Source: Armatimonadota bacterium (GTDB lineage Bacteria > Armatimonadota > DTGP01 > JAKQQT01). Taken from it: DNA of 64,000 nt. Numbering within the stretch: the stretch's first letter is position 1; each line of letters begins with the position of its first letter. The notes beneath the pieces are model-generated. The model saw only the letters and a program-made list of their open reading frames with translations, did no database searches and had not been told where the DNA came from. This document shows positions 31,001-39,770 of the stretch, in pieces. The stretch is taken from the NCBI GenBank assembly GCA_036504095.1, contig DASXVS010000032.1, positions 18,690 to 82,689 of the forward strand, read 5' to 3'. The position numbers were made by a program, and so were the translations under genes.

Positions 31001-31491
31001 CCCTGCAGAACTTCCCCGTGATCACCGGCGCAAGCACCGTACTCGGCGCCACCACCATCACGGGAACTCTCAACAGCACTCCGGGCAGCACATTCACCGT
31101 TGAGCTGTTCCGCAGCGCTTCGAAAGATCCGTCCGGATACGGAGAAGGCCAGCACTATATCGCGACCACCAGTGTGACAACCGACACGTCCGGAAACGGT
31201 TCCTTCTCGGTGTCCGTGCCGGCGCTGGCGACCGGGCAGTGGGTCACAGGGACCGCGACGAACTCCGGCGCCAACACGTCGGAATTCAGCCTGGCCTTTG
31301 CCGTCCCCGGAACGTCGTTCACGCTTGTGGATGCGGTACGGGCTCTGCAACTGGCGGGTGGTCTGACCGCCTACGGCCCTTCAGACAGCCGCCTCAATAC
31401 GGAGACCGGCGGCGCTTCGGCAGGCAAAGTGGATCTGCTTGATGCCAGCCGCATCGTCCGCAAACTGACAGGGCTCGAGCCCAACCCGTAA
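28093..31491 (+). CDS. Secreted right-handed parallel beta-helix repeat protein of the choice-of-anchor-Q type, with a C-terminal dockerin-like tag.
   Basis: Signal peptide. Many NxTxxGNxAxxGGAI-type beta-helix rungs. The DQRG motifs (IDQRDSARPVDGG...DIGAYE and PDTDQRGVPRPIG...DIGAVEY) are the hallmark of choice-of-anchor Q domains. The C-terminus FTLVDAVRALQLAGGL...GKVDLLDASRIVRKLTGLEPNP is dockerin-like. Confidence 0.7.
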   Translation: MKRTHKKLGYLAALAAALTLGGVSRAAIRDIPGSYASITDAVNAATPGDTIRFSSPGTFPSMTGGITKNLAFAGPTNGHVTITPPLAGGRVFSIGAGVTVSFDHVTIDGGVLTSGTDRGAGILNAGNTTLTNCTVSHNSAAASGGAIYNSGGAALSMTNCTIAGNTVTGGATIGGAAISNGGTVVLENCTVAYNTSNGVAGGLDNRNSNSFTIQNTLVAGNTGGSNPDAAGPFASQDYNLVGNGTGVTFTGATSHNQVGTSAAPIDPRLGPLQDNGGATFTVALLPGSPAIDAIPGAAPANFPAIDQRDSARPVDGGDGDNIPEGDIGAYEADAPVAFFVATTGSDSNTGVTANQPLRNIVTAINRSALSGVITIAPGTYTENLVLQKSVALQGTPGAASTTIIQSINDATRRTTLVVFPVTTVYLSDLTITNGLAPSTGIGSGGGVFNEGTLTLHRCTVTGNTAAYSGGGIVNYLNGTMYLSDSTVSGNFADQAAGIENDGLMVMSGCTVSGNNANTGAGGGIGNTDILTMTNCTLSGNSAGQGGGIYAATGSIYLRNVTISGNTATDGGGIANVSSTSFPDSGLLSDNSVIAANTATTGPDISGEFVSNLGYNFIGSPKDAVITSKLVDQIGTAAIPLKPYLGTLADNGGPTLTINPLVGSPLIDTGPSGVAGPATFPDTDQRGVPRPIGAKSDIGAVEYQPRFIVTRTADDASPGSLRWAIAQANATNNAVISFAIAPIGSAGGVKTIVLSATYGGLPVITSKIFIDGWSQGGVTYSGTPLIEINGQNIPSSFGLNVQGAGCVIRGLAINRMLNVSGNAFGIGLFNSGTNAWIYGCALGTDPSGTIALGNGQGGIWAGAGGALIGSNMDGVNDAAEANIISGNAVEGILVTSSGNVIAGNSIGTDITGASQLGNGVGLAYGGVRVESGTGNRITQNSIAFNYGLGIDLGGDGVTLNDLGDDDGGANTLQNFPVITGASTVLGATTITGTLNSTPGSTFTVELFRSASKDPSGYGEGQHYIATTSVTTDTSGNGSFSVSVPALATGQWVTGTATNSGANTSEFSLAFAVPGTSFTLVDAVRALQLAGGLTAYGPSDSRLNTETGGASAGKVDLLDASRIVRKLTGLEPNP

Positions 31492-31506
31492 GGTTAGTGA
31501 GGCTTC

Positions 31507-31540
31507 AAGGGGGCGGCGACGATAGCGTCACCGCCCCCTT
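31507..31540. terminator. GC-rich hairpin between convergent genes (candidate bidirectional terminator).
   Basis: AAGGGGGCGGcgacgatagcgtcaCCGCCCCCTT is a perfect 10-bp stem. It lies between the stop of 28093..31491 (+) and the stop of 31580..32044 (-). Confidence 0.5.
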
Positions 31541-31579
31541 GCTCACGCTCGCGGAGGATCCCCGAGGGCTGTTCAGGCG

Positions 31580-32044
31580 CTAGCCTTCGTCTCCCTGCTT
31601 CGCCGGATCGCCCACCTGCACAACCGTCAGCAGGAACACACTGTCTTCGAGGGCCTCCACACTGTGGGTGATGCCGCCCTCAAGTGACAGCAGATTCCCC
31701 TTCTTCATTTCGATCGACCGCCCGTCGTCCGTCGAGAACACGATCCTCCCGGACACGACCTGAACCGTGATCGGCCCGGAGACCCGATGGTCGTGCAGCT
31801 CGTTGCCGGTATGGAACGCAAAGACAGCCACCCTCAGAGGTCCCTCGTGGATGAGCGTAATCTGACCGTGATCTCCGTCGCGGTATTCCGGCTCCCCATA
31901 GAGCGACCTGACTTCCTCTTCAATCTGGAACTGGTGCAGCGGCCCTTCCATCCGCTGCTTGGCGTTTTCCCGCGTATCCGTTCGCTGTGACATCCAATCT
32001 TCCTTTCCATTCATAAACAGGCCGGCGTGCCAGATGATCGTCAT
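31580..32044 (-). CDS. Cupin-domain protein.
   Basis: GPITVQVVSGRIVFSTDDGRSIEMKKGNLLSLEGGITHSVEALEDSVFL has the cupin two-motif pattern (G.....G ... H..E). The actual start may be an internal Met. Confidence 0.5.
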   Translation of the reverse strand: MTIIWHAGLFMNGKEDWMSQRTDTRENAKQRMEGPLHQFQIEEEVRSLYGEPEYRDGDHGQITLIHEGPLRVAVFAFHTGNELHDHRVSGPITVQVVSGRIVFSTDDGRSIEMKKGNLLSLEGGITHSVEALEDSVFLLTVVQVGDPAKQGDEG

Positions 32045-32101
32045 GCCGGGCGGTGCAGACGGGCGGACGCCGATCGGGTGGCGCCCGCTCCGGCGAAAAA
32101 C

Positions 32102-33307
32102 CTAGTGAATAGCCCCGCGCAGGTTACCGGGTGCAACCGTTTCTCCGGCCCGGATCAGGTTCCTTGCGGCATCCACCTTTTCCCAAACGTTGCACATCAT
32201 CGCGCCGCGTACCTTGCCATCCCTCAGGTAGTAGATGACTCCCGTGACGTTCTCGTCCTGCCAGTCGGCGAACGTCTCAAGGCGGGAATCCACCTCCCCG
32301 ACTGCCTCGTAGCCGAACTCGAACAGGTCGGAGAAGAAGAACGGCATGTAATCGTACGGCTCATCGGCCCCGGCCATGTTCCGTCCCGCCTGTTTCCCCT
32401 GGTTGAGCGCGTTATCCCAGTGTTCCACGCGCGTCCGTATCCCGAGCGCCGTATACGGGAAGCTCGCGTTATCGCCCGCCGCGTAGACGCCCGGGTCCGT
32501 TGTCCGCAGCCTGTCATCCACCACGATCCCATTCTCGACCTTCAGGCCGGCCGCCTGTGCCAGTTCCACGCCCGGGGCGATGCCGATGCCGACGACCACG
32601 ATGTCGGAGGGCAGGTTCTCGCCGTTCCGGGTGTGGGTCACGAACCCCTCGCCGGACTTCTCGATTGACGCGGGCGCATCACCCGCCAGCACTCGTACGC
32701 CGCTGGCGCGGAAGTGGCCCTGAATCGCTCGCCCCAGACCTTCCGGGAAGACCCGCTGCACGAGATTCGCTTCGGGGAAGACCATGGTCACATCCACGGC
32801 ATTCTCATTCAGCGCCGCCGCCATCTCCGAACCGATGAACCCTCCACCGATGACGACCGCCGATTTACCGGCCCCGGCCTGTGCGCGCATGCTCCCGTAG
32901 TCACCCAGCGTGCGGTAATGGGAGAGGCCGGGAAGGTCGCCTCCGGGGATGGAGAGCTTCCTCGGCGCGCCCCCGGTTGCGAGCAGCAGCTTACCGTAAG
33001 AGAACGTGCGGCCATCGGCGAGGTGGACCGCGCTTCCGGCGGGGTCGATGCCCGAGACGGCAGTCCCCAGCGCCATATCCACGCCTTGTCCCTGGTAGAA
33101 CGCCTCGTCGTGGACGAAGATGTCCGATACCTGCTCCTTGCCCAGCCAGAGCCCCTTGGAGAGCGGCGGGCGGTTGTAGGGAAGCGCTGCCTCCGCCGCG
33201 AGGAGCAGGATGGAACCGTCTTTGTCAACCTCGCGGATGCCATCGACCGCCGATGCCCCCGCCAGTCCGCCGCCCACAAGAATGTACCGGTAATTCATCG
33301 CAGTCAT
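32102..33307 (-). CDS. FAD-dependent pyridine nucleotide-disulfide oxidoreductase of the rubredoxin-/ferredoxin-reductase (NorW/AIF-like) type.
   Basis: FAD-binding YILVGGGLAGASAV. NAD-binding AVVIGGGFIGSEMAAAL. The motif AAGDNA near the C-terminus fits this family. It is divergent from the qNOR gene. Confidence 0.8.
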   Translation of the reverse strand: MTAMNYRYILVGGGLAGASAVDGIREVDKDGSILLLAAEAALPYNRPPLSKGLWLGKEQVSDIFVHDEAFYQGQGVDMALGTAVSGIDPAGSAVHLADGRTFSYGKLLLATGGAPRKLSIPGGDLPGLSHYRTLGDYGSMRAQAGAGKSAVVIGGGFIGSEMAAALNENAVDVTMVFPEANLVQRVFPEGLGRAIQGHFRASGVRVLAGDAPASIEKSGEGFVTHTRNGENLPSDIVVVGIGIAPGVELAQAAGLKVENGIVVDDRLRTTDPGVYAAGDNASFPYTALGIRTRVEHWDNALNQGKQAGRNMAGADEPYDYMPFFFSDLFEFGYEAVGEVDSRLETFADWQDENVTGVIYYLRDGKVRGAMMCNVWEKVDAARNLIRAGETVAPGNLRGAIH

Positions 33308-33709
33308 GATCCATGCCTCCTTTCCTTATATCCCCTGAATTCGCGGAATCTATCCGAACCGCCAGGACCTGATGTCTTACCGCAACCCGCTGGGGACGGC
33401 GCCGTTTCACGAAGTGGACAAGAGGTACCGATCACGCGCCCTTCGATCTACGGACGTGGTCGGATGACAAACGTGCGTGGCATGATGGGGTGGGGAGCGC
33501 GCATATGGGGCGGGCGCGGGTGTACCGATGGCAATTCCAGCGCATCCCAGCGGCCCGTGATGGCGGTAGATGGCTGCCATCGCCGGGTTGCAGGAAGCTC
33601 ACCGCGCGATATACAAGCCGGCTCACGCCTGCCTCGTTTCTCAAATCCTAATAACGGCCGCTCCAACCAGGGCGACGCGCCACACGCACGCACGTTGCCC
33701 GCTTAGCGC

Positions 33710-33727
33710 GTGACCAGGCACGGTCAC
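33710..33727. promoter_or_regulatory. Dyad GTGACC-N6-GGTCAC 29 bp upstream of the qNOR start codon (candidate operator).
   Basis: Perfect 6-bp inverted repeat, directly upstream of AGGAGG (33745..33750) and ATG 33756, in the divergent intergenic region. Confidence 0.3.
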
Positions 33728-33755
33728 ACGCACTCGTTTCGCGCAGGAGGTCGCA

Positions 33756-36077
33756 ATGAACGAGCACGTGCGGAGACTCACTGTTCCCACCCCATGGATT
33801 CAGGTCGCTCTACTGACCTTCCTTTTCGGCTTTGCGGTGCTGGGTTTCCTTGCCCGCGCGATCATCACGAACCATCCCCCCGTTCCGCGTCGGATCGTCG
33901 TCGATGGCGGAAGAGTCCTCTTCACGGGCGATGATGTCATGGCCGGGCAGCACATCTTCCAGAAATTGGGACTGATGGAGTTCGGCTCGATCTTCGGCCA
34001 TGGGGCGTATCTGGGGCCGGATTTCACGGCCCAGTATCTGCACCAAGCCGGGCAGGACATGACGTCCTTTTACCTGGCCGCCGGCTTGGACGCCCCATCA
34101 GCCCAGAAACAGGTTCTCACCGACCTAAAGACCAACCGGTATGACCCCGCGACAGGCACGCTCTCGTACACGGCCGCACAGGCTCGCGCATTTGAAACTC
34201 TGGCGGTGTTCTACCGGGACTGGTTCGGGCCATCTTCCGGTCAGGTCGGGCTCCAGCGTCCGCATCTTGCCGACCCGGCCGACGTCCGGCGGCTGACGGC
34301 CTACTTCTCCTGGGCAGCGTGGGCGGCCTCGGCTGCCCGGCCGGGCCGGACGTATTCCTATACCAACAACTGGCCTCCGGAACCGATGGCCGGAAACGCA
34401 CCGACTCCCGAGGCGTTCCTTTGGAGCGCTCTGAGCCTCATCTCGCTGCTTGGCGGAATCGGCTTGATCATGTTCGTCGTGGGGCGTTACGACATTCTGG
34501 GCTGGCATCATGCCGAGGACGAGGATGCAAGCCAGAGGGTTACCTTCCGCCCGCCGGAGGAGGTACGGCTTACCCCATCCCAGCGCGCCACCGCCTGGTA
34601 TTTCCTGGTCGTGGCGGGTCTCTTCCTGGTGCAGGGCCTTCTCGGCGGCGCGAACGCGCACTACCACGTTGAGCCGGCCGGCTTTTACGGGTTGGGAATC
34701 TCCTCGTACTTCCCCTACAATCTCACACGGATGTGGCACCTTCAACTCGCACTCTTCTTCGTCTCGGCCAGTTTCCTCGCCATGGGTATCTTCATCACCC
34801 CGATGATCGCCCGGCGGGAGCCGAAGCATCAGGACAAGCTTGCCATTGCGCTGTTCGCGGCTGTCGTTCTCGTCGTAGTCGGGAGCCTGCTGGGTGAGGC
34901 CGCCAGCCTCAAGGGCTACATCCCGCGCAGTGGCCCCTGGTTCTGGGTCGGCGCGCAGGGCTGGGAATACCTGGACCTGGGCCGGTTCTGGCAGATACTG
35001 CTCGTCATCGGCATGGTCTTCTGGGTCTTCATCCTGGTGCGGGGGCTGCGCAGCCGCCTCGTCCACGAGCATCCGGGCAACCTGCCTTACCTGTTCCTCT
35101 ACAGCGCGCTCTCGATACCGCTTTTCTACGCGGCCGGCATGATGTTCGGCAAGACGGCCAATTTCGCCGTGATGGACTTCTGGCGCTTCTGGGTCGTACA
35201 CCTCTGGGTTGAGGATTTCCTGGAGCTATTCACCACGATCATGGTCGCGTACATCTTCGTCCTGATCGGTGTCGTTCGCCTGCCCACGGCGACCCGCGTG
35301 GTGTACCTGGATATCATCCTCTATTCCGTCGGCGGTGTCATCGGAACAATGCACCATCTCTATTTCTCCGGCGCGCCCGCCATCCATATGTCGCTCGGCG
35401 CTTTCTTCTCGGCCATGGAGGTCATTCCGCTTGTGCTCCTGACGTACGAAGCGTGGCGCTTCATGCGGTTGGGGAGCGCCGAGTCGGCAAACTCGGCGAT
35501 GAACGTAACGAGCCGCGCGTTTCCGCACAAATGGGCGGTGATGTTCCTCATCGCGGTCGGATTCTGGAATTTCCTCGGAGCAGGTGTCTTCGGGTTCCTC
35601 GTGAACCTGCCGATCGTGAGTTACTACGAGATCGGGACGCAGTTCACCGCGAACCATGCCCACGGCGCGATGATGGGCGTCTACGGTATGCTCGCCATCG
35701 GCTTTTTCATGTTCGTGGCCCGCTATTTCATCCCGCCGGACAAGAACTCTGAGCGGGCGATGAAGATCTCGTTCTGGAGCCTGAACATAGGGCTGGCCAT
35801 GATGCTCTTCGTGAACCTCGTGCCGATCGGTATCCTCCAGTTGAACGACAGCTTCACCAACGGCTACTGGCACGCGCGCGAGCCGGCGTTTTTCAGCCAA
35901 CCGATGGTGCGCTTCTTCGAGTGGCTGCGGATGCCGGGAGACATGCTCTTCATCGTGGGTGGAATATTGCCCATCGTCTATCTCGCGCTGCGGATGTTCG
36001 CGGCCCGGGGGCGCTACGCCATACTCCCACCGGAAACCGAAACGGAGGAGTTCACGGAATCCTACAGGACAGCCTGA
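33756..36077 (+). CDS. norZ: Quinol-dependent nitric oxide reductase (qNOR, NorZ-type), heme-copper oxidase superfamily.
   Basis: 773 aa with ~12-14 TM helices. The N-terminal NorC-like extension has no CxxCH. Conserved His ligands are in helices (HHLYFSG, WVVHLW, HAHGAMMGVYG). The length is typical of qNOR rather than the cNOR NorB. Confidence 0.85.
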   Translation: MNEHVRRLTVPTPWIQVALLTFLFGFAVLGFLARAIITNHPPVPRRIVVDGGRVLFTGDDVMAGQHIFQKLGLMEFGSIFGHGAYLGPDFTAQYLHQAGQDMTSFYLAAGLDAPSAQKQVLTDLKTNRYDPATGTLSYTAAQARAFETLAVFYRDWFGPSSGQVGLQRPHLADPADVRRLTAYFSWAAWAASAARPGRTYSYTNNWPPEPMAGNAPTPEAFLWSALSLISLLGGIGLIMFVVGRYDILGWHHAEDEDASQRVTFRPPEEVRLTPSQRATAWYFLVVAGLFLVQGLLGGANAHYHVEPAGFYGLGISSYFPYNLTRMWHLQLALFFVSASFLAMGIFITPMIARREPKHQDKLAIALFAAVVLVVVGSLLGEAASLKGYIPRSGPWFWVGAQGWEYLDLGRFWQILLVIGMVFWVFILVRGLRSRLVHEHPGNLPYLFLYSALSIPLFYAAGMMFGKTANFAVMDFWRFWVVHLWVEDFLELFTTIMVAYIFVLIGVVRLPTATRVVYLDIILYSVGGVIGTMHHLYFSGAPAIHMSLGAFFSAMEVIPLVLLTYEAWRFMRLGSAESANSAMNVTSRAFPHKWAVMFLIAVGFWNFLGAGVFGFLVNLPIVSYYEIGTQFTANHAHGAMMGVYGMLAIGFFMFVARYFIPPDKNSERAMKISFWSLNIGLAMMLFVNLVPIGILQLNDSFTNGYWHAREPAFFSQPMVRFFEWLRMPGDMLFIVGGILPIVYLALRMFAARGRYAILPPETETEEFTESYRTA

Positions 36078-36095
36078 TCGAAATTCCCCGTGGAA

Positions 36096-36130
36096 CGCCC
36101 GCCGTGTGTAATCCCACGGCGGGCGTTTCG
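36096..36130 (+). terminator. Rho-independent-type terminator hairpin after qNOR.
   Basis: ACGCCCGCCGTGtgtaatccCACGGCGGGCGTttcg is a 12-bp GC stem followed by a short T run, 19 bp after the stop. Confidence 0.55.
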
Positions 36131-36220
36131 CGCGGCGGGCGATGAGACCTGAGAGCGGCCGCGGGCGTCCGCGGCCCGGAACGGGGCTGTTACTCCTCGG
36201 GTTATCCCACTGCCGGCGGG

Positions 36221-37072
36221 ATGCACTCCAGGCAGGGGTCCGGCCCGTCGGCGCGCACTCATGCGGCGTGGCCCCAGGGGGCTCACCGTCGCCCGGAGAG
36301 ACGTGAATTGACGCGAACCGCACCCATCGCTATAGGGATTGCCGGTGGACGCCCCGGCGCGGGCCGCAGGACGATTGCCATCAACCTTGCGGCTGCCGTG
36401 GCCGCCACCGGCCGGCGTGTGGGCCTCACGGGCACCGATCCCCGTGGGCCAATCATCCCGGAAATGCTTGGCGCCGCTGAACCTCGATGGCGGGACGGAA
36501 GGCTGGTCCCCGTCGAGAGATACGGCATCCAGGTGACGGCTCTCGCGTACCTGGTCAGCGAAGAGGAACGATCGGATGGCCGGCGGCCGTCCGGCGCCGA
36601 CCTGGCTGACCGGTTCGCGCACCTGGTCGCATGGGACAATCTGGACATACTGTTCGTCGAGCTGCCTTCCCTGAAAGAAGCCGCGGCGTTGCTGATCCAA
36701 CGGCTTGAGCTGGAAGGTACTGTGATAGTCGCCACGCCTCAGGGCGCGCAGGAAGGCGTAACCGAGGCCGCCGTCGCTGACTTCGGGCAACTCGGCGTGC
36801 CCATCCTTGGCCTTATCGAGAACCTGAGCTACTACCAATGCCGCCATTGCGGGCAGCGGAACGCTGCGGAAGCGTCCGGCGCGGTCCCGGCTCTGGCCCG
36901 GCGCCTTGGCGTTCGCTATCTCGGAGAGGTGCCGATCTCAATTGCCCTCCGGGACTGTACGGACGAGAACCGCCCGGCGGTCGCATGTGTACCGAAACCG
37001 CCGGAAGCGGCACTGTTCGAACATATGGCGGTCACGCTGTTGGCCGCCCTGGACGAGCGGGCGGGGAAGTGA
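36221..37072 (+). CDS. Mrp/NBP35/ApbC-family protein with a deviant Walker A.
   Basis: The Mrp core is conserved (TGTDPRGPIIPEMLG; VIVATPQ; C-terminal CxxC in YYQCRHCGQ). The Walker A reads GGRPGAGRRT instead of GKGGVGKST, so both lysines are arginines. A likely alternative start is TTG 36308, with RBS GGAGAG. Confidence 0.6.
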   Translation: MHSRQGSGPSARTHAAWPQGAHRRPERRELTRTAPIAIGIAGGRPGAGRRTIAINLAAAVAATGRRVGLTGTDPRGPIIPEMLGAAEPRWRDGRLVPVERYGIQVTALAYLVSEEERSDGRRPSGADLADRFAHLVAWDNLDILFVELPSLKEAAALLIQRLELEGTVIVATPQGAQEGVTEAAVADFGQLGVPILGLIENLSYYQCRHCGQRNAAEASGAVPALARRLGVRYLGEVPISIALRDCTDENRPAVACVPKPPEAALFEHMAVTLLAALDERAGK

Positions 37073-37083
37073 AACGAGAAGCC

Positions 37084-38400
37084 ATGGCAGTCAACACAAT
37101 GAGCATCAAAAAGACCACTCCGGGGGGGAAAAGTCCACAGAAGGTGGTGATCCTCGGGAGCGGGTTCGGCGGGCTGTACACGGCCCTTCACCTCAAGAGC
37201 CGCCTCAAGCCCGGGGAGGCGGAGATCCACCTCGTCAGCCGCGAGGACCATTTCCTCTTCACCCCGCTGCTGCACGAAGTGGCGGCGGGTTTGCTGGAGC
37301 CATACGAGGTCGCGAGACCTGTCTCCACCCTCGTGGGGAAAGATATTGAATTCCACAACGCCACGGTCGAAAGTCTGGACCTGGACGCGCGCGTGGTGGC
37401 GCTGGATGGCGGCCCGCTGCCATATGACACCCTCGTCCTCGCGCTGGGCAGCGAAGCAAACTACTACGGTCTGCCCAACGTCCAGGCGGAGAGCATGCCG
37501 TTGAAGACGCTCGACGACGCGTTGAAGATGCACGACCACTTCCTGAGCCTTTTCGAGCGCGCCCGCCGCGAAACGGACCCGGACGCGCGGCGCCGCCTCC
37601 TGACGATCGTGCTTGCCGGCGCCGGATGCACCGGCGTCGAGCTTGTCAGCGAGCTCCACCATCTGATCATGCACGGCGTGCGGCAGAAATACCCCGAGCT
37701 CGACCCGGTGCGGGACATCGAGCTGGTGGTTGTGGAGGCGAGCGATCACGTTCTATGCCCCCATGACGAGGCCCTCGCCGCCAGTGTGATGGACGCCTTC
37801 CGTCGCCGCCATATCCGGGTGATGCTGCACACGGCGGTAACGGGTCGGGAGCCGGGCGCCATCCTCGTCAAAGACCTGCCCAGCGGCCGGACAGGCCGGA
37901 TCTCGGCCGAAATGCTGATCTGGACCGCCGGCATCCAGCCGAACGATCTGGTTCGGGGGCTTCCACTCTCGAAAGACCCGCGCGGCAGCCTCCTTGTGGA
38001 CGAGAGCCTCCAGGTGAAAGGGCATCCCGACATCTACGCGCTGGGCGACTGCGCGGCAGCGCCCTGGGAGGGAGAACAGTTCGTGCCCTGGACGGCCCAG
38101 GCTGCGCTGCAGGAAGCGCGAACCGTCGCGGCGAACATCGTGGGAGGGATTCGCGGCGGCCCCCTGGTCGCGTTCCGTTACAAGCATCTGGGCGAGGTAG
38201 CCACGCTCGGCGGCGCTGAAGGGGTGTCGGAGTTCCTGGGACTGAAGCTGAGGGGGCTCCCCGGCTGGCTTGCCGCGCGCATGGCGCATCTGGCCCGGCT
38301 GCCCGACTGGTCGGACCGCGTCCGGGTGGTTGTCGAATGGGGCGCCGATTTCCTGGGCCCGCGGGAAGTGGAAGAAGAATCCCGCACGTTGGCCCACTGA
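37084..38400 (+). CDS. ndh: Type II NADH dehydrogenase (NDH-2) / FAD-dependent pyridine nucleotide-disulfide oxidoreductase.
   Basis: KVVILGSGFGGLYTA dinucleotide fold. Second fold in LAGAGCTGVELVSEL. The ALGDCAA motif is typical of NDH-2. I chose the start at ATG 37084 (MAVNTMSIKK) and rejected the overlapping 5' extension. Confidence 0.8.
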   Translation: MAVNTMSIKKTTPGGKSPQKVVILGSGFGGLYTALHLKSRLKPGEAEIHLVSREDHFLFTPLLHEVAAGLLEPYEVARPVSTLVGKDIEFHNATVESLDLDARVVALDGGPLPYDTLVLALGSEANYYGLPNVQAESMPLKTLDDALKMHDHFLSLFERARRETDPDARRRLLTIVLAGAGCTGVELVSELHHLIMHGVRQKYPELDPVRDIELVVVEASDHVLCPHDEALAASVMDAFRRRHIRVMLHTAVTGREPGAILVKDLPSGRTGRISAEMLIWTAGIQPNDLVRGLPLSKDPRGSLLVDESLQVKGHPDIYALGDCAAAPWEGEQFVPWTAQAALQEARTVAANIVGGIRGGPLVAFRYKHLGEVATLGGAEGVSEFLGLKLRGLPGWLAARMAHLARLPDWSDRVRVVVEWGADFLGPREVEEESRTLAH

Positions 38401-38434
38401 CCCTTCAAGGGGGGCTCCGGTTGCGGGCGTGCTG

Positions 38435-38709
38435 TTATGGCCACGCGCTGGCGTCCAGCATGACCTCGTCCACGTAGCACCAACCCCAGTCCTCCCCGGG
38501 TTCGAAAGACTTGATGATGGGGTGTCCCGTGGAGTGGAAGTGCTTGGTCGCGTGCTTGTTCTTGGAGTTGTCGCAGCACCCGACGTGGCCGCAGGTCTCG
38601 CATAACCGCAGGTGGACCCATTGGTCGCCCATCTCCAGGCACTCCTTGCAGCCGTCGCCGCTCGGGGTGACCGCCTGAATCTGATTCACATGTGCGCACT
38701 GTTTCGCCA
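38435..38709 (-). CDS. UBP-type zinc-finger (zf-UBP) domain protein.
   Basis: The Cys/His pattern CAHV...C.EC...W.HLRLCETCGHVGCC...H...H is that of the bacterial zf-UBP family. Start chosen at MAKQCAHV. Confidence 0.7.
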
Positions 38710-38744
38710 TTGCACTGCCCCTTTCATCACGGACCGGACGCAAT

Positions 38745-39731
38745 TCAGTCCCCCGTCCCCCCCGCCATCAGTTCACGGGCGTTCGGATCCTCCAGCGCCG
38801 CGCGATCCCAGCCCGCGAGATCCGCCGCCGCTTCGTAGGCGCTCTGGGCGAACGCCAGGAGCGTCGCGTCCGGGTTCGCCGCGGTGCGAACGATTTCGTA
38901 GGGTAAAACGAACTCTCCGAGCGCCGGGCTGAAGAAGGCCCCCTCCGGTTCCACTTCCGCATCCGCATACCCCGACGGCGTGGGGTAAACGTAGCTGTAG
39001 AACGCGGGGTCCTCATATCCATACCCGCCCGGCCAGAATCCAACACTGCACACCTCGTGGGAGTAAGCGGGAACGGTTATCCGGTCGGACATCACCGGCA
39101 CATTGGGATGCCGCGGCGCGGGGCGCCCGGAGAAACGGCTCACGGTCAGGTCGAAGCTGCCCCAGAAGAAATGGACGGGGCTCGACTTGCCCGTAAAGCG
39201 GGCGCGAAATTCGCTGAGGACGCGAAATGCCTGCTGCAGGATGCGCGAATGCCGGTTTGCCGCGTCCGGATCGTAAGACGAGTGCACGCGATCGCGTTTG
39301 AAGGGGATAGGGTCCGGGATCTCAACCGGTACGGGCCACATATGCGGCCGGATGTCCAGCGCCTCGAGAGCGCCTATAACCTGATCGTAGAAATCGGCGC
39401 ACGCACAGGGCTGGAGGCCGAGGGTGCGCGCCTCCCCGGTGCTGGACTCGATCCGCAGGACGTGGTCGATGAAATCAAAATCAATCTGGCAGAGACGCGT
39501 GCCGGACGGCATCGGCGAAGTGGTGAGGCCCCGGCATGTCACGTAAAGCGGCACCTGCCACCAGTGATTCATCTTCGGCGCCAGCGCGAGCCGGACTTTT
39601 CCTACGACCTGCGTCCACATGTGGAGTGTGGCGTAAGTGTCCTTCCAGTCGGAAAGCGGCAGCGGCGGCCAGGTTTCGTCCCGGGAAGCGTCCGTGTTCC
39701 CCGTCGCGGCCTGTGAATCTGTCATCTCCAT
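38745..39731 (-). CDS. Conserved hypothetical protein (DUF5996-like).
   Basis: WPPLPLSDWKDTYATLHMWTQVVGKVRLALAPKMNHWWQVPLYVTCRGLTT resembles a conserved bacterial family of unknown function. Start chosen at MEMTDSQ, downstream of AGGAGGA. Confidence 0.45.
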   Translation of the reverse strand: MEMTDSQAATGNTDASRDETWPPLPLSDWKDTYATLHMWTQVVGKVRLALAPKMNHWWQVPLYVTCRGLTTSPMPSGTRLCQIDFDFIDHVLRIESSTGEARTLGLQPCACADFYDQVIGALEALDIRPHMWPVPVEIPDPIPFKRDRVHSSYDPDAANRHSRILQQAFRVLSEFRARFTGKSSPVHFFWGSFDLTVSRFSGRPAPRHPNVPVMSDRITVPAYSHEVCSVGFWPGGYGYEDPAFYSYVYPTPSGYADAEVEPEGAFFSPALGEFVLPYEIVRTAANPDATLLAFAQSAYEAAADLAGWDRAALEDPNARELMAGGTGD

Positions 39732-39770
39732 CCCTCTTTCCTCCTGCAGCCCCACCCGGGAAAGCTGCGC

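Noticed and set aside
34125-36323. Two long minus-strand ORFs (358 and 365 aa) inside qNOR
   Set aside because: They are antisense to an unmistakable heme-copper oxidase gene. Their products are highly charged, low-complexity translations.
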